From assembly GCA_030621105.1 (NCBI GenBank), contig JAUXIH010000001.1, positions 1-41,331 of the forward strand: a stretch of 41,331 nucleotides of DNA, read 5' to 3'. This document shows, one piece after another, positions 9,472 to 18,518 of the stretch. Every line of letters begins with the position of its first letter. Within the stretch, counting starts at the first letter, position 1. This DNA comes from Dehalococcoidia bacterium. GTDB taxonomy: Bacteria > Chloroflexota > Dehalococcoidia > GIF9 > AB-539-J10. The translations under genes and the position numbers were made by a program. The notes beneath the pieces were generated by a model. The model worked only from the letters and a program-made list of their open reading frames with translations. It had not been told where the DNA came from and ran no database searches.

Positions 9472-11040
9472 ATGTCTTTAAGCAAACCTAATGCCAGTGC
9501 CGCGACAGGCACTAGAAACAGGGTAGCAGCCTCACCAAGTTCAGGCTTATGTGTAGTCTGTGAGGATGGCTGTCCAGGAACATGTGAGGTGGGAAAATCC
9601 GCCATCAGGGGAAAAGAGGTTATGTATCCTCAGCCTTTCGGTAAAACTATGGCTGGATCGGAAAAAGACTATCCCGTCGATTTCTCTCACTTCAACATTC
9701 AGGGGAGCTGTGTCGGAGCCGCAGGAATCGAGGCAGATTCAGATAAAGCCCTGTTTCAAAACGTAGATGTTTCCACTCAAATAGGAGCCGGAAGAAATAA
9801 GATTAATATGAAAGTCCCCTTCTTCACTGGCGCACTGGGTTCTACAGAGATTGCCCGAGTCAATTGGGAAGGTGCTGCCGTCGCCATTGCTGTGACTGGT
9901 GCTGTGCTTGTATGTGGTGAAAATGTCTGTGGCATGGACCCCAATGCCGAATTTAAAAATGGCAAGGTGGTGAAATCACCAGAGTTGGCAAGAAGGGTAA
10001 AGATTTATAAAGATTGGTACAACGGCTATGGCGCCATGCTGGTCCAGGCCAATGTGGAAGATACCAGGATTGGCGTTCCTGAGTACGCTGTGGAGAGACT
10101 AGGAATTCAAGGCATCGAGCTAAAATGGGGGCAAGGAGCCAAGGACATCGGCGGAGAAGTCAAGTTGCCCTCCTTAGAAAGAGCTCTGGAACTCAAGAGA
10201 AGAGGCTACATCGTCATACCTGATCCGGAAAGCCCATCAGCTCAGGCAGCATACAACGCTGGAGCCATAAAGGAGTTTGAGCGTCATTCCCGTCTGGGCA
10301 TGGTAGAAGAGGAAACATTCCTCAAAGAAGTAGAAAGGCTAAGAAAAATAGGTGCCAAATACATCACATTGAAAACAGGAGCTTATCGGCCAGCAGATTT
10401 AGCCCGGGCGGTGAAGTTTGCCTCAGAGGCAAAAATAGACTTGCTTACCGTAGATGGAGCTGGTGGTGGTACGGGCATGAGTCCCTGGCGCATGATGAAT
10501 GAGTGGGGAATTCCTACAGTATACTTGGAGAGCCTCCTGTACAAATTCCTCAGCAGGCTGGCAGAGAAAGGGGAATTTATTCCCAGTTGCGCCATAGCAG
10601 GAGGAATCGCACTGGAGGATCAAATATTTAAAGCACTGGCTATGGGGGCACCTTATGTAAAGGCAGTGTGCATGGGACGCTCCACTTTAACTGCCGCCAT
10701 GGTTGGGAAAACACAGGCTAGGCTGCTTAAGAAAAAACATGGCGAAGGAGCAGAATACGATGATGCGCTGTTCAAGACTTTCATCAATGCAGCAGAACTC
10801 AAGGAAGAATATGGAGAGGAAGCATTCAAACGTATTCCCCCTGCAGCAATAGGAGTATATTCCTACTATGATAGGCTTACAACCGGACTGAAACAACTCA
10901 TGGCAGGGGAACGGAAATTTGCTCTCAACTTGCTAGATAGGAACGACATATTTGCCCTGACACGAGAAGCTGCAGATGTTTCGGGTATCCCATACATAAT
11001 GGAAGCGGATATGGAAGAGGCGGAGAAGATTCTAGACTAA
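9472..11040 (+). CDS. FMN-binding glutamate synthase family protein (COG0069-like paralogue, no ferredoxin domain)
   Basis: KWGQGAKDIGGEVK and DGAGGGTGMSPW correspond to the GltS FMN-domain motifs. N-terminal Cys motif CVVCEDGCPGTC. The ATG at 9472 follows AAGGGAGG; the track start at 9412 overlaps hisF. Confidence 0.8.
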   Translation: MSLSKPNASAATGTRNRVAASPSSGLCVVCEDGCPGTCEVGKSAIRGKEVMYPQPFGKTMAGSEKDYPVDFSHFNIQGSCVGAAGIEADSDKALFQNVDVSTQIGAGRNKINMKVPFFTGALGSTEIARVNWEGAAVAIAVTGAVLVCGENVCGMDPNAEFKNGKVVKSPELARRVKIYKDWYNGYGAMLVQANVEDTRIGVPEYAVERLGIQGIELKWGQGAKDIGGEVKLPSLERALELKRRGYIVIPDPESPSAQAAYNAGAIKEFERHSRLGMVEEETFLKEVERLRKIGAKYITLKTGAYRPADLARAVKFASEAKIDLLTVDGAGGGTGMSPWRMMNEWGIPTVYLESLLYKFLSRLAEKGEFIPSCAIAGGIALEDQIFKALAMGAPYVKAVCMGRSTLTAAMVGKTQARLLKKKHGEGAEYDDALFKTFINAAELKEEYGEEAFKRIPPAAIGVYSYYDRLTTGLKQLMAGERKFALNLLDRNDIFALTREAADVSGIPYIMEADMEEAEKILD

Positions 11041-11058
11041 AGGAGAAGAGATACTTAA

Positions 11059-11154
11059 AACAGTTTAAAGCACTGCGCTTCCCCCTTCTGTGCACTGTCA
11101 TGCCCTTCAGGCACACTGGCGGTGACTGAGGATCGGGTTAAAGAAAACCTGTAG
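11059..11154 (+). pseudogene. Ferredoxin-like C-terminal remnant without a start codon
   Basis: Translates as NSLKHCASPFCALSCPSGTLAVTEDRVKENL*. It resembles the C-terminus of the downstream Fe-S protein (VCIANCPNEALALSTDGEN). It is in the same frame as 9472-11040 but separated from it by two TAA codons (11038, 11056). Confidence 0.3.
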
Positions 11155-11434
11155 AGCACCTATTTCACCACGACGGTTAAGCGCTCAGGGTCTCACGGAC
11201 TTAGTGGTACAGACTTTTGCCACGTGTGTAGTCACAATGGGAACCGACTTCATCAAAAGCCCGATCAATATGCTTACAAACACGCTCTTGATTCGGCGGC
11301 TGAAACTCCCGAGGCAAAGGTATACGCAATGCGCATTTCTCCACTCTAGATCCACTTGCCTTCTTATGACTTGAGATTCCACAGTTATTTCTGAGCCTTG
11401 CCATCCGACACCATTGACAGGGGAGTGCAGCGTC

Positions 11435-11463
11435 TTGACAACACATGGGAAAGGTGATATCTT
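11435..11463 (+). promoter_or_regulatory. Candidate internal promoter for the Fe-S/hisH/GOGAT genes
   Basis: TTGACA (11435-11440), 17-nt spacer, TATCTT (11458-11463). A second TTGACA is at 11414-11419. Confidence 0.35.
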
Positions 11464-11470
11464 CTGGCAC

Positions 11471-11484
11471 GGAAGTCAGTTGCC
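11471..11484 (+). promoter_or_regulatory. GGAA-N6-TGCC, near match to an NrpR operator
   Basis: GGAAGTCAGTTGCC lies 7 nt after the predicted -10. It has one mismatch to GGAA-N6-TTCC. Confidence 0.25.
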
Positions 11485-11507
11485 GTTTGCCGTAAGGAGC
11501 TTTGAAA

Positions 11508-11969
11508 TTGAGAAAGGTTTATGTTAAGGAAGAAGCTTGTATCGGCTGTGGCCTTTGTCAGGTTTACTGCCAAGCTGAGCATTCTCAGTCGAAGGATATA
11601 GTGAAAGCGTTCAAGAGGGAAACTCCCCGCCCCCTGCCGCGCATCCATGTGGAGAGAAAGGGAGAGGTCTGCTTCGCCGTTCAGTGCCGCCAATGCGCTG
11701 AGCCCTGGTGTGTTTATTCTTGTCTGACCGGCGCAATGCGCAGAGATCCGATAACCGGCATAGTTACAGTTGATGATGATAAGTGTATTGGATGCTGGAC
11801 TTGCATATTAGCCTGTCCCTATGGAGCATTGGTCAGGGACGAAAGCCGCAAGCTTGTCAGCAAGTGTGATTCTTGTCCCGAGCATGAGGTACCTGTCTGC
11901 ATAGCTAACTGCCCCAACGAAGCACTGGCGCTGAGTACAGACGGCGAAAATGGGAAGGCTCGGAGCTGA
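11508..11969 (+). CDS. Four-cluster [4Fe-4S] ferredoxin-type protein (HycB/DmsB-like)
   Basis: Four Cys motifs: CIGCGLCQVYC, CRQCAEPWCVYSC, CIGCWTCILACP and CDSCPEHEVPVCIANCP. The TTG at 11508 sits 8 nt after AAGGAG; the track start TTG at 11502 is only 2 nt after it. Confidence 0.85.
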   Translation: MRKVYVKEEACIGCGLCQVYCQAEHSQSKDIVKAFKRETPRPLPRIHVERKGEVCFAVQCRQCAEPWCVYSCLTGAMRRDPITGIVTVDDDKCIGCWTCILACPYGALVRDESRKLVSKCDSCPEHEVPVCIANCPNEALALSTDGENGKARS

Positions 11970-12132
11970 GGCTGACGAAAGGAGGTGGAGCCAATGCTAA
12001 AGCGGACATTTGTGGTGACGCTGTAGATGAGATATGCTTTAATCGGTATTTCCCAAGGGTGGAAGCTGAGCGCATGGGCGGCATTATTCGTGACGGCGTT
12101 GAGGCCAAAACTGTGGAGGCGGTTCAAGCCAG

Positions 12133-12759
12133 GTGATTGCCATAATCGACTACGGCGCCGGAAATTTGCGTAGCGTTGCCAACGCCATCACCAAGCTTGG
12201 TTACCAATCAAGGGTGACAGGCAATCCCGGTGATGTGCTTGATGCTAGCGCAGTTATCTTCCCCGGCGTTGGGGCCGCCGCAGATACCATGTGCAACCTG
12301 AGAGAAACCGGTATGGCTGATGTCGTCCGCCAGTTGATTTTAGAGGAACGACCCTTTTTCGCCATCTGCGTTGGAATGCAGGTTCTATTTACCGATACTG
12401 AAGAGGGTGGTGGACATGAGTGTCTGGACATTATCCCAGGCCAAGTCAAAAAGCTCCCTCGCGGGCAGAAGATACCCCACATGGGATGGAACCAGGTCAA
12501 ACAGAAGATCTCTCACCCGATATTCGACGGCATACCTGATAAATCTAACTTCTACTTTGTTCACAGCTACTATGTGGTGCCAGATGATGAAGCGCTGGTA
12601 GCCGGTGAAACCGAGTACGGCACCTCATTTTGCAGCATCATCACTCAGGGAAATCTGGTAGCAACCCAGTTTCATCCCGAAAAGAGTGGAAAGGTCGGCC
12701 TCAAGTTATACGACAATTTCATAAAGCTCGCCCTGGCGGCAAGGGCAACCAAAGAATAA
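12133..12759 (+). CDS. hisH: Imidazole glycerol phosphate synthase glutaminase subunit HisH
   Basis: IAIIDYGAGNLRSV, catalytic Cys in ICVGMQ, and the His/Glu motif QFHPEKS. GTG start. Confidence 0.9.
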   Translation: MIAIIDYGAGNLRSVANAITKLGYQSRVTGNPGDVLDASAVIFPGVGAAADTMCNLRETGMADVVRQLILEERPFFAICVGMQVLFTDTEEGGGHECLDIIPGQVKKLPRGQKIPHMGWNQVKQKISHPIFDGIPDKSNFYFVHSYYVVPDDEALVAGETEYGTSFCSIITQGNLVATQFHPEKSGKVGLKLYDNFIKLALAARATKE

Positions 12760-12775
12760 ACCTAGAAGAGCCATA

Positions 12776-14044
12776 ATGACAAAAATAGAGAAGGTAAAAT
12801 ATCTGATTATAGGTAACTCTGCTGGAGGTATCGGAGCAGTGGAGGCCATCCGCGAAATAGATAAGACTGGTTCAATCAAGATAATCTCCAATGAACCCTA
12901 CCCTACCTATTCCCGTCCACTAATCTCAAAGTATCTTGCCAGTAAATGCAGCCTAGAGAGTATGCTCTTTCGCCCACCTGACTTCTACGAGAAGAACAAC
13001 ATCCACACATACCTAGGTAAAACGGTGAAGAGGATGGACACTGATGGGCACACAGTCGAACTGGAGGAAGGAAAAACAATCGTCTGGAGAAAATTGCTAC
13101 TTGCTACCGGCGGTTTACCCATTGTGCCTCAGATAAAGAACATCAACCAGAGGGGGGTTTTCACTTTCATCACCCTCGACGATGCTAAAGCAATCGACGG
13201 TTCTCTGGAGAATGCCGATAAGGCTATAGTTATCGGCGGCGGGCTTATCGGCATCAGCGCAGCTGAAGCCCTGGTGAAACGAGGCATCAAGGTCACCATT
13301 GTCGAAATGAAGGAGAGGATTCTAAATACCATCCTGGATGAACAGGCATCAGCAATGGCTGAAGAGGCTCTCCGGCAGGCTGAAGTTGAGGTCATTACCG
13401 GCCACACTGTGGACAAGGTTACAGGAGAAAGGAAAACAAAAGGGGTAAGGCTAGATGATGGGAAGGAGATCCCCTGCAGCCTGATAGTGGTGGCTATTGG
13501 CGTTGTGCCCCGTATCGAGCTTGCAGAGGGTACCGAGATAAAGATAAATCGCGGTATAGTGGTAGACCACAATATGGCTACAAGCTATCCCGATGTCTAT
13601 TCCTGCGGAGATGCAGCTGAAGCATATGACTTTATCTATGGCACAAACCGTCTCACTCCCATCTGGCCAAATGCCTACATTGGAGGCAGGACTGCAGGCT
13701 ATAACATGGCTGGCATGAAGGCCAAATATCCCGGCGGCACGGCCATGAACGCGCTCAACTACTTCGGACTCGACATCGCTACAGCAGGCGTGGTAGCCCC
13801 ACCGGATGAGAACGGCTATGAAGTGCTCGCGAGGCAAAACGATGGCATCTATAAGAAAGTGATATTAAAAGATGACTCGGTAGTGGGGATGGTATTTGTG
13901 GGAGATATCGAGAAGTCGGGCATAGTCTTTGGCCTGATGAGAGATCGAGTCAAGGTTAGTGGTTTCAAGCAGGAGCTTGTAGCAGACGATTTCGGTCTGG
14001 TATCCCTGCCGCGGGATCTGTGGCAGGAGCGACTGGAGCATTAA
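12776..14044 (+). CDS. FAD/NAD(P)-binding pyridine nucleotide-disulfide family oxidoreductase
   Basis: N-terminal dinucleotide fold YLIIGNSAGGIGA, second fold AIVIGGGLIGISAAEAL, and the SCGDAAE motif. 422 aa, resembling NADH oxidase / ferredoxin reductase enzymes. Confidence 0.8.
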   Translation: MTKIEKVKYLIIGNSAGGIGAVEAIREIDKTGSIKIISNEPYPTYSRPLISKYLASKCSLESMLFRPPDFYEKNNIHTYLGKTVKRMDTDGHTVELEEGKTIVWRKLLLATGGLPIVPQIKNINQRGVFTFITLDDAKAIDGSLENADKAIVIGGGLIGISAAEALVKRGIKVTIVEMKERILNTILDEQASAMAEEALRQAEVEVITGHTVDKVTGERKTKGVRLDDGKEIPCSLIVVAIGVVPRIELAEGTEIKINRGIVVDHNMATSYPDVYSCGDAAEAYDFIYGTNRLTPIWPNAYIGGRTAGYNMAGMKAKYPGGTAMNALNYFGLDIATAGVVAPPDENGYEVLARQNDGIYKKVILKDDSVVGMVFVGDIEKSGIVFGLMRDRVKVSGFKQELVADDFGLVSLPRDLWQERLEH

Positions 14045-14046
14045 TA

Positions 14047-15195
14047 ATGAAAGATCTCAATGAGACAAACAACCCATACTGCGATGATAAGGTAATAGAC
14101 GCCTGTTCTATCTTTGGAATGATGAATACCACGGGAGAGCGGTTTTCCGGTGAGTGTGTGATAAGGGCCATTGCCAATATGCATGTTCGTGGCAATGGAC
14201 TTGGCGGTGGATTTGCCATCTACGGGATCTACCCAGAATACGCTGGTTGCTATGCCTTTCACATAATGTACCTGAGCCGGGAAGGAAAGTCAGAGGTGGA
14301 AGATTTTCTTAAGGATCGGTTCCGCTTCATGACTGCTGAGGAGGTGCCCACCCGGCGGACCCAGAAGATAGTGAATCCACCCCTAGTATGGCGCTACTTC
14401 CTTGAGGTGGATCAACAGAAATGCAACGGACAGCCACAGGATGACTATGTTATGGACAGAGTTATGGAGATCAATACGAGGATTAAAGATGCCTTTGTCT
14501 TCTCCAGTGGCAAGGACATGGCCGTCTTCAAAGGAGTAGGGTATCCCGAGGAAATAGCCGAGTACTTCTGCCTGGAGGAATACGAAGGTTACCTGTGGAC
14601 GGCGCATGGTAGGTTTCCTACCAATACTCCCGGGTGGTGGGGCGGAGCACATCCTTTTAGCATCCTGGACTGGACGGTAGTTCATAACGGAGAAATCTCG
14701 TCCTACGGTATAAATCGGCGCTACCTGGAAGGGTTCGGCTACCACTGCACCATGCAGACCGATACCGAGGTCATAGCCTATGCCGTTGACCTACTCGTGC
14801 GCAAGCATGGACTTCCTATGGAGATAGTCGCCAAGATACTAGCCCCTCCTTTCTGGGATGATATAGAGCGCTGTCCAGAGGACGAGCAAAAACTATTTCG
14901 AACTCTGCGCCAGGTATATGGAAGCTTGTTACTAAATGGGCCTTTCACGGTAATCATCGCTAACCACGGGGAAATGATCGGATTTACAGACAGGATAAGG
15001 CTGCGTCCCCTCACCGCGGGGGTGAAAGACTCCGTGCTTTACCTTTCTTCCGAGGAGTCGGCTATTCGCCTAATCTGTCCAGATTTGGATCAGGCATGGA
15101 TTCCGATGGGTGGCGAGCCTGTTGTTGGGAGCCTCGAGAGGCCAATTGTGTCCAAAGGAGTGACTATTGCAGAGAGGAACGAAGCCCCATGCTGA
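14047..15195 (+). CDS. Class II (Ntn) glutamine amidotransferase, glutamate synthase domain-1-type subunit
   Basis: Ntn-type motif ACSIFGMM, and later HGRFPTNT and HNGEIS, typical of GltS/PurF-type amidotransferases. The ATG at 14047 sits 7 nt after GGAG; the track start at 14020 overlaps the upstream gene. Confidence 0.8.
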   Translation: MKDLNETNNPYCDDKVIDACSIFGMMNTTGERFSGECVIRAIANMHVRGNGLGGGFAIYGIYPEYAGCYAFHIMYLSREGKSEVEDFLKDRFRFMTAEEVPTRRTQKIVNPPLVWRYFLEVDQQKCNGQPQDDYVMDRVMEINTRIKDAFVFSSGKDMAVFKGVGYPEEIAEYFCLEEYEGYLWTAHGRFPTNTPGWWGGAHPFSILDWTVVHNGEISSYGINRRYLEGFGYHCTMQTDTEVIAYAVDLLVRKHGLPMEIVAKILAPPFWDDIERCPEDEQKLFRTLRQVYGSLLLNGPFTVIIANHGEMIGFTDRIRLRPLTAGVKDSVLYLSSEESAIRLICPDLDQAWIPMGGEPVVGSLERPIVSKGVTIAERNEAPC

Positions 15196-15956
15196 CCAAG
15201 AGAATCATTCCCTGCCTTGATGTAACTCATGGGAGAGTGGTTAAGGGCACGAGCTTCACCCATCTACATGATGCAGGTGACCCTGTGGATCTGGCCGCAT
15301 TCTACTACGAAGAGGGCGCCGACGAGCTCGTCTTTCTGGATATTGGAGCCACTCCTGAAGGCCGTGACATTATGGTTGATGTGGTTGAGCGCGTCTCGGA
15401 ACAGGTCTTCATTCCTCTCACCGTCGGTGGGGGGCTGCGCAGCACCCGTGACATGCGTCGCATGTTGGAGGCAGGAGCCGATAAGATAACCGTCAACACT
15501 GCAGCAGTGCAGAACCCGAAGCTTATCAGCGAAGGAGCGCAAAGGTTTGGCTCCCAGTGCATCGTCGTAGCCATTGATGCGAAGCGGGTAAGTGGTGAGG
15601 ATATGCCAAAATGGGAGGTCTTAACCCATGGGGGGAGAAAACCAACAGGTATTGATGCCGTCGAATGGGCAAAGCAAGCTGTCGCTCTTGGCGCTGGAGA
15701 ATTCATGCTTACCAGCTGGGATGCTGACGGTCAGCAGACTGGATATGACCTGGAGTTGACTCGTATCATCAGCGAGGCAGTGACTGTACCGGTAATCGCC
15801 AGCGGTGGAGCGGGGAATCTCGAGCACCTCTATCATGCGCTCGTTGCTGGTAAGGCCGATGCGGTTTTAGCTGCCAGCATCTTTCACTACAAGACTTACT
15901 CAATTCAGCAGGTAAAAGACTATCTCGCCGAAAAAGGACTTCCCATAAGAAAGTAG
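15189..15956 (+). CDS. hisF: Imidazole glycerol phosphate synthase cyclase subunit HisF, copy 2
   Basis: [55 protein letters not shown] and ASGGAG. The ATG at 15189 overlaps the upstream stop (ATGCTGA). Confidence 0.9.
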   Translation: MLTKRIIPCLDVTHGRVVKGTSFTHLHDAGDPVDLAAFYYEEGADELVFLDIGATPEGRDIMVDVVERVSEQVFIPLTVGGGLRSTRDMRRMLEAGADKITVNTAAVQNPKLISEGAQRFGSQCIVVAIDAKRVSGEDMPKWEVLTHGGRKPTGIDAVEWAKQAVALGAGEFMLTSWDADGQQTGYDLELTRIISEAVTVPVIASGGAGNLEHLYHALVAGKADAVLAASIFHYKTYSIQQVKDYLAEKGLPIRK

Positions 15957-15960
15957 GGGA

Positions 15961-17472
15961 ATGAAAGTGAAGAGCTATTTACCACCAAAATTTATCGTTG
16001 AGCGCAACCCTGATCGGTGCATCCAGTGTCAGGTGTGTGTCAATCAGTGCAGCTTCGATGTCCATTACTACGATGCCGAGGATGACGAAGTAAGAAGCCA
16101 TGAGGAGAACTGTGTCGGATGTCACCGTTGCGTCGTGTTCTGTCCCACTAATGCTCTAACTATCAGGAAAAACCCGTTGGACTACAGAGAGAACTATAAC
16201 TGGCGTCCAGAGGTTATTGAAGATATTACCAAGCAGGCCGAAACTGGCGGAGTGCTTCTCACTGGAATGGGTAACGACAAGGGGTATCGCATCTACTGGG
16301 ATCATCTTGTTATCAATGCCAGTCAGGTGACCAACCCCTCTATCGACCCACTGCGTGAGCCTATGGAGCTTATAACTTACTTGGGACGAAAACCAGACAG
16401 GCTAGAACTCGATCATAACTCCCTCAGTCTGAAAACAGAACTTGCACCCCAGGTCAAGATTGAGGTCCCAGTAATGTTTTCCGCCATGTCTTACGGAGCA
16501 GTGAGCCTCAATGTACAGAAGTCTCTAGCTAGAGCAGCCACTGAAGCAGGCACTCTGTGGAACACAGGTGAGGGGGGACTGCACCACTCTCTCTATGAAT
16601 ATGCAGATAATACCATTGTGCAGGTAGCATCGGGCCGCTTTGGAGTGCATTCCAGATATCTTAATGCTGCCCGAATAATCGAGATTAAAATCGGCCAAGG
16701 AGCCAAACCAGGCATCGGGGGGCACCTTCCCGGTGAAAAAGTGAGCGCTGATGTGGCAGCGACCAGAACGATTCCCCAAGGTACAGATGCGCTGTCTCCC
16801 GCGCCGCAACATGATATCTATTCCATTGAGGACTTAGCCCAGCTCATCCATGCCCTGAAAGAGGCTACCAACTATACCAAGCCGGTAGCAGTCAAAATAG
16901 CCGCTGTTCACAATTCAGCGGCTATCGCCATCGGTATGGTGCGAGCGGGAGCAGATATCATAGTCCTTGATGGGTTCCGAGGGGCTACTGGAGCTGCACC
17001 CAAGGTCATCCGCGACAATGTCGGCATTCCAATTGAGTTAGCACTCGCTTCAGTAGACAGTCGCCTGAGACAGGAAGGTATCCGCAGCCAAGCCTCTATT
17101 GTAATCTCGGGAGGAATCAGAAGCAGTGGGGATGTAGTCAAGGCGATCGCCCTTGGTGCCGATGCCATCTATATCGGAACCGCCGCCCTCGTTGCTCTGG
17201 GTTGTACTCTCTGCCAGCAATGTCATACGGGTAAATGCGCCTGGGGCATTTGTACCACCAACCCCTTCCTAACCAAGAGAATCAACCCCGACATCGGGAC
17301 AAGGCGGCTAACCAACCTTCTGCGCAGCTGGAGCCTGGAGATCAAGGATATTCTGGGAGGTATGGGCATCAATGCTGTGGAGAGTTTGCGTGGTAATCGT
17401 CTGCACCTGAGAGGTATCGGCCTTACCAAGACCGAACTCGAAATTCTGGGAGTAAAGATGGCAGGGAACTGA
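15961..17472 (+). CDS. Glutamate synthase FMN (domain 2) subunit with N-terminal 2x[4Fe-4S] ferredoxin domain
   Basis: CIQCQVCVNQC and CVGCHRCVVFCP, then KIGQGAKPGIGGHLPGEK, DGFRGATGAAP and CQQCHTGKC, typical of the archaeal-type GltB FMN domain. Confidence 0.85.
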   Translation: MKVKSYLPPKFIVERNPDRCIQCQVCVNQCSFDVHYYDAEDDEVRSHEENCVGCHRCVVFCPTNALTIRKNPLDYRENYNWRPEVIEDITKQAETGGVLLTGMGNDKGYRIYWDHLVINASQVTNPSIDPLREPMELITYLGRKPDRLELDHNSLSLKTELAPQVKIEVPVMFSAMSYGAVSLNVQKSLARAATEAGTLWNTGEGGLHHSLYEYADNTIVQVASGRFGVHSRYLNAARIIEIKIGQGAKPGIGGHLPGEKVSADVAATRTIPQGTDALSPAPQHDIYSIEDLAQLIHALKEATNYTKPVAVKIAAVHNSAAIAIGMVRAGADIIVLDGFRGATGAAPKVIRDNVGIPIELALASVDSRLRQEGIRSQASIVISGGIRSSGDVVKAIALGADAIYIGTAALVALGCTLCQQCHTGKCAWGICTTNPFLTKRINPDIGTRRLTNLLRSWSLEIKDILGGMGINAVESLRGNRLHLRGIGLTKTELEILGVKMAGN

Positions 17473-17473
17473 A

Positions 17474-18247
17474 ATGGAAAATAAGGTTATTAAAAGAACG
17501 GCCAGCCCAATAGATAGAATAGATGCTACGGGTTTTTCTTCCCGGGAACTCAACGCCAGAATCAGAGAGCTGGCCCACAACGGGACTGAGAGAGTTGAAC
17601 TGTATAACGTCTACGGACAGAGATATATCGGTACGGACCTGGACAGGCCTATAGAGGTTAAGATATTCGGCACCCCTGGCAATGACTTGGGGATATTTAT
17701 GGACAGTCCGCGGATTACTGTCTATGGCAATGCACAGGATGGCTGTGGTAACACAATGAATGACGGTGAAATAGTTGTTCATGGTCACGCCGGAGATATC
17801 GCAGGACTATCAGCCCGCGGAGGCAAGATCTTCATCAGAGATGATGTCGGTTATAGAACAGGAATTCACATGAAGGAATACGGGGACAAAAAACCAGCGT
17901 TAGTAATAGGCGGCACCTCGCAAGACTTCCTCGGTGAATACATGGCGGGCGGAATTCTGATTCTTCTCGGTCTCAACTTGCAAAAAGAAGAGGCACACCG
18001 GACCAATTTCATCGGCACAGGCATGCATGGGGGGGTTATCTACTTAAGAGGTAGCATAAACGACTTCCAGTTAGGTAAAGAAGTAGGCACTGCTGAACCA
18101 GAAGAGAAAGACTGGCAAATTCTTCGCAAGTTCATAAGCGAATTTGCAGACCATTTTGGCTATAACGCCGAGGAGATACTGGAACATAAATTCATTAAGT
18201 TATTCCCACTCTGGCTACGACCTTACGGCAGGCTATATGCCTACTAA
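17474..18247 (+). CDS. Glutamate synthase GXGXG (domain 3) subunit
   Basis: Repeated GxxGxxxG beta-helix motifs (GTPGNDLG, GNAQDGCGNTMNDGEIVVHG, GGILILLG). Starts 2 nt after the upstream stop. Confidence 0.85.
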   Translation: MENKVIKRTASPIDRIDATGFSSRELNARIRELAHNGTERVELYNVYGQRYIGTDLDRPIEVKIFGTPGNDLGIFMDSPRITVYGNAQDGCGNTMNDGEIVVHGHAGDIAGLSARGGKIFIRDDVGYRTGIHMKEYGDKKPALVIGGTSQDFLGEYMAGGILILLGLNLQKEEAHRTNFIGTGMHGGVIYLRGSINDFQLGKEVGTAEPEEKDWQILRKFISEFADHFGYNAEEILEHKFIKLFPLWLRPYGRLYAY

Positions 18248-18518
18248 ATGCGGAGATAACCATTAGAAAGTTAAACGGTGTCAGCCTGAAGGGCTTGTAA
18301 TAAATAATAGAAACTAACGAGCAAATATGCGAAATACTGATGGGCCTAAACAAGGTTGGAATGATCCTTCACGGTAGTTTCAATCTGGTAGCGGCCGCTC
18401 TCGGAAGCAGGACAGATGTGTTAAATTGTGCGATTAGTGAGGTAATTAATTAACTATAAAAACTGGAGAGCTTCCAAGACCTGCGAACCACAGGCAAACG
18501 GAGCCGAACTGAGTAGTT

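Noticed and set aside
11466-11500. ACGGAAGT in the leader of the Fe-S gene, reminiscent of the conserved GGAAGU core of glutamine (glnA-motif) riboswitches
   Set aside because: Only a short core resemblance is present. I could not find the flanking pairing elements of the three-stem fold, and that class is known mainly from cyanobacteria. The evidence is insufficient without a covariance-model scan.
11994-12026. Mini-ORF upstream of hisH as a histidine attenuation leader peptide
   Set aside because: The peptide MLKRTFVVTL contains no His codons, and no terminator/antiterminator pair follows it.
18358-18371. GGAATGATCCTTCA, a one-mismatch match to the NrpR operator, upstream of the response regulator gene
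   Set aside because: No promoter-like elements are positioned around it, and one-mismatch hits to an 8-specified-base palindrome are expected by chance in this amount of intergenic DNA.
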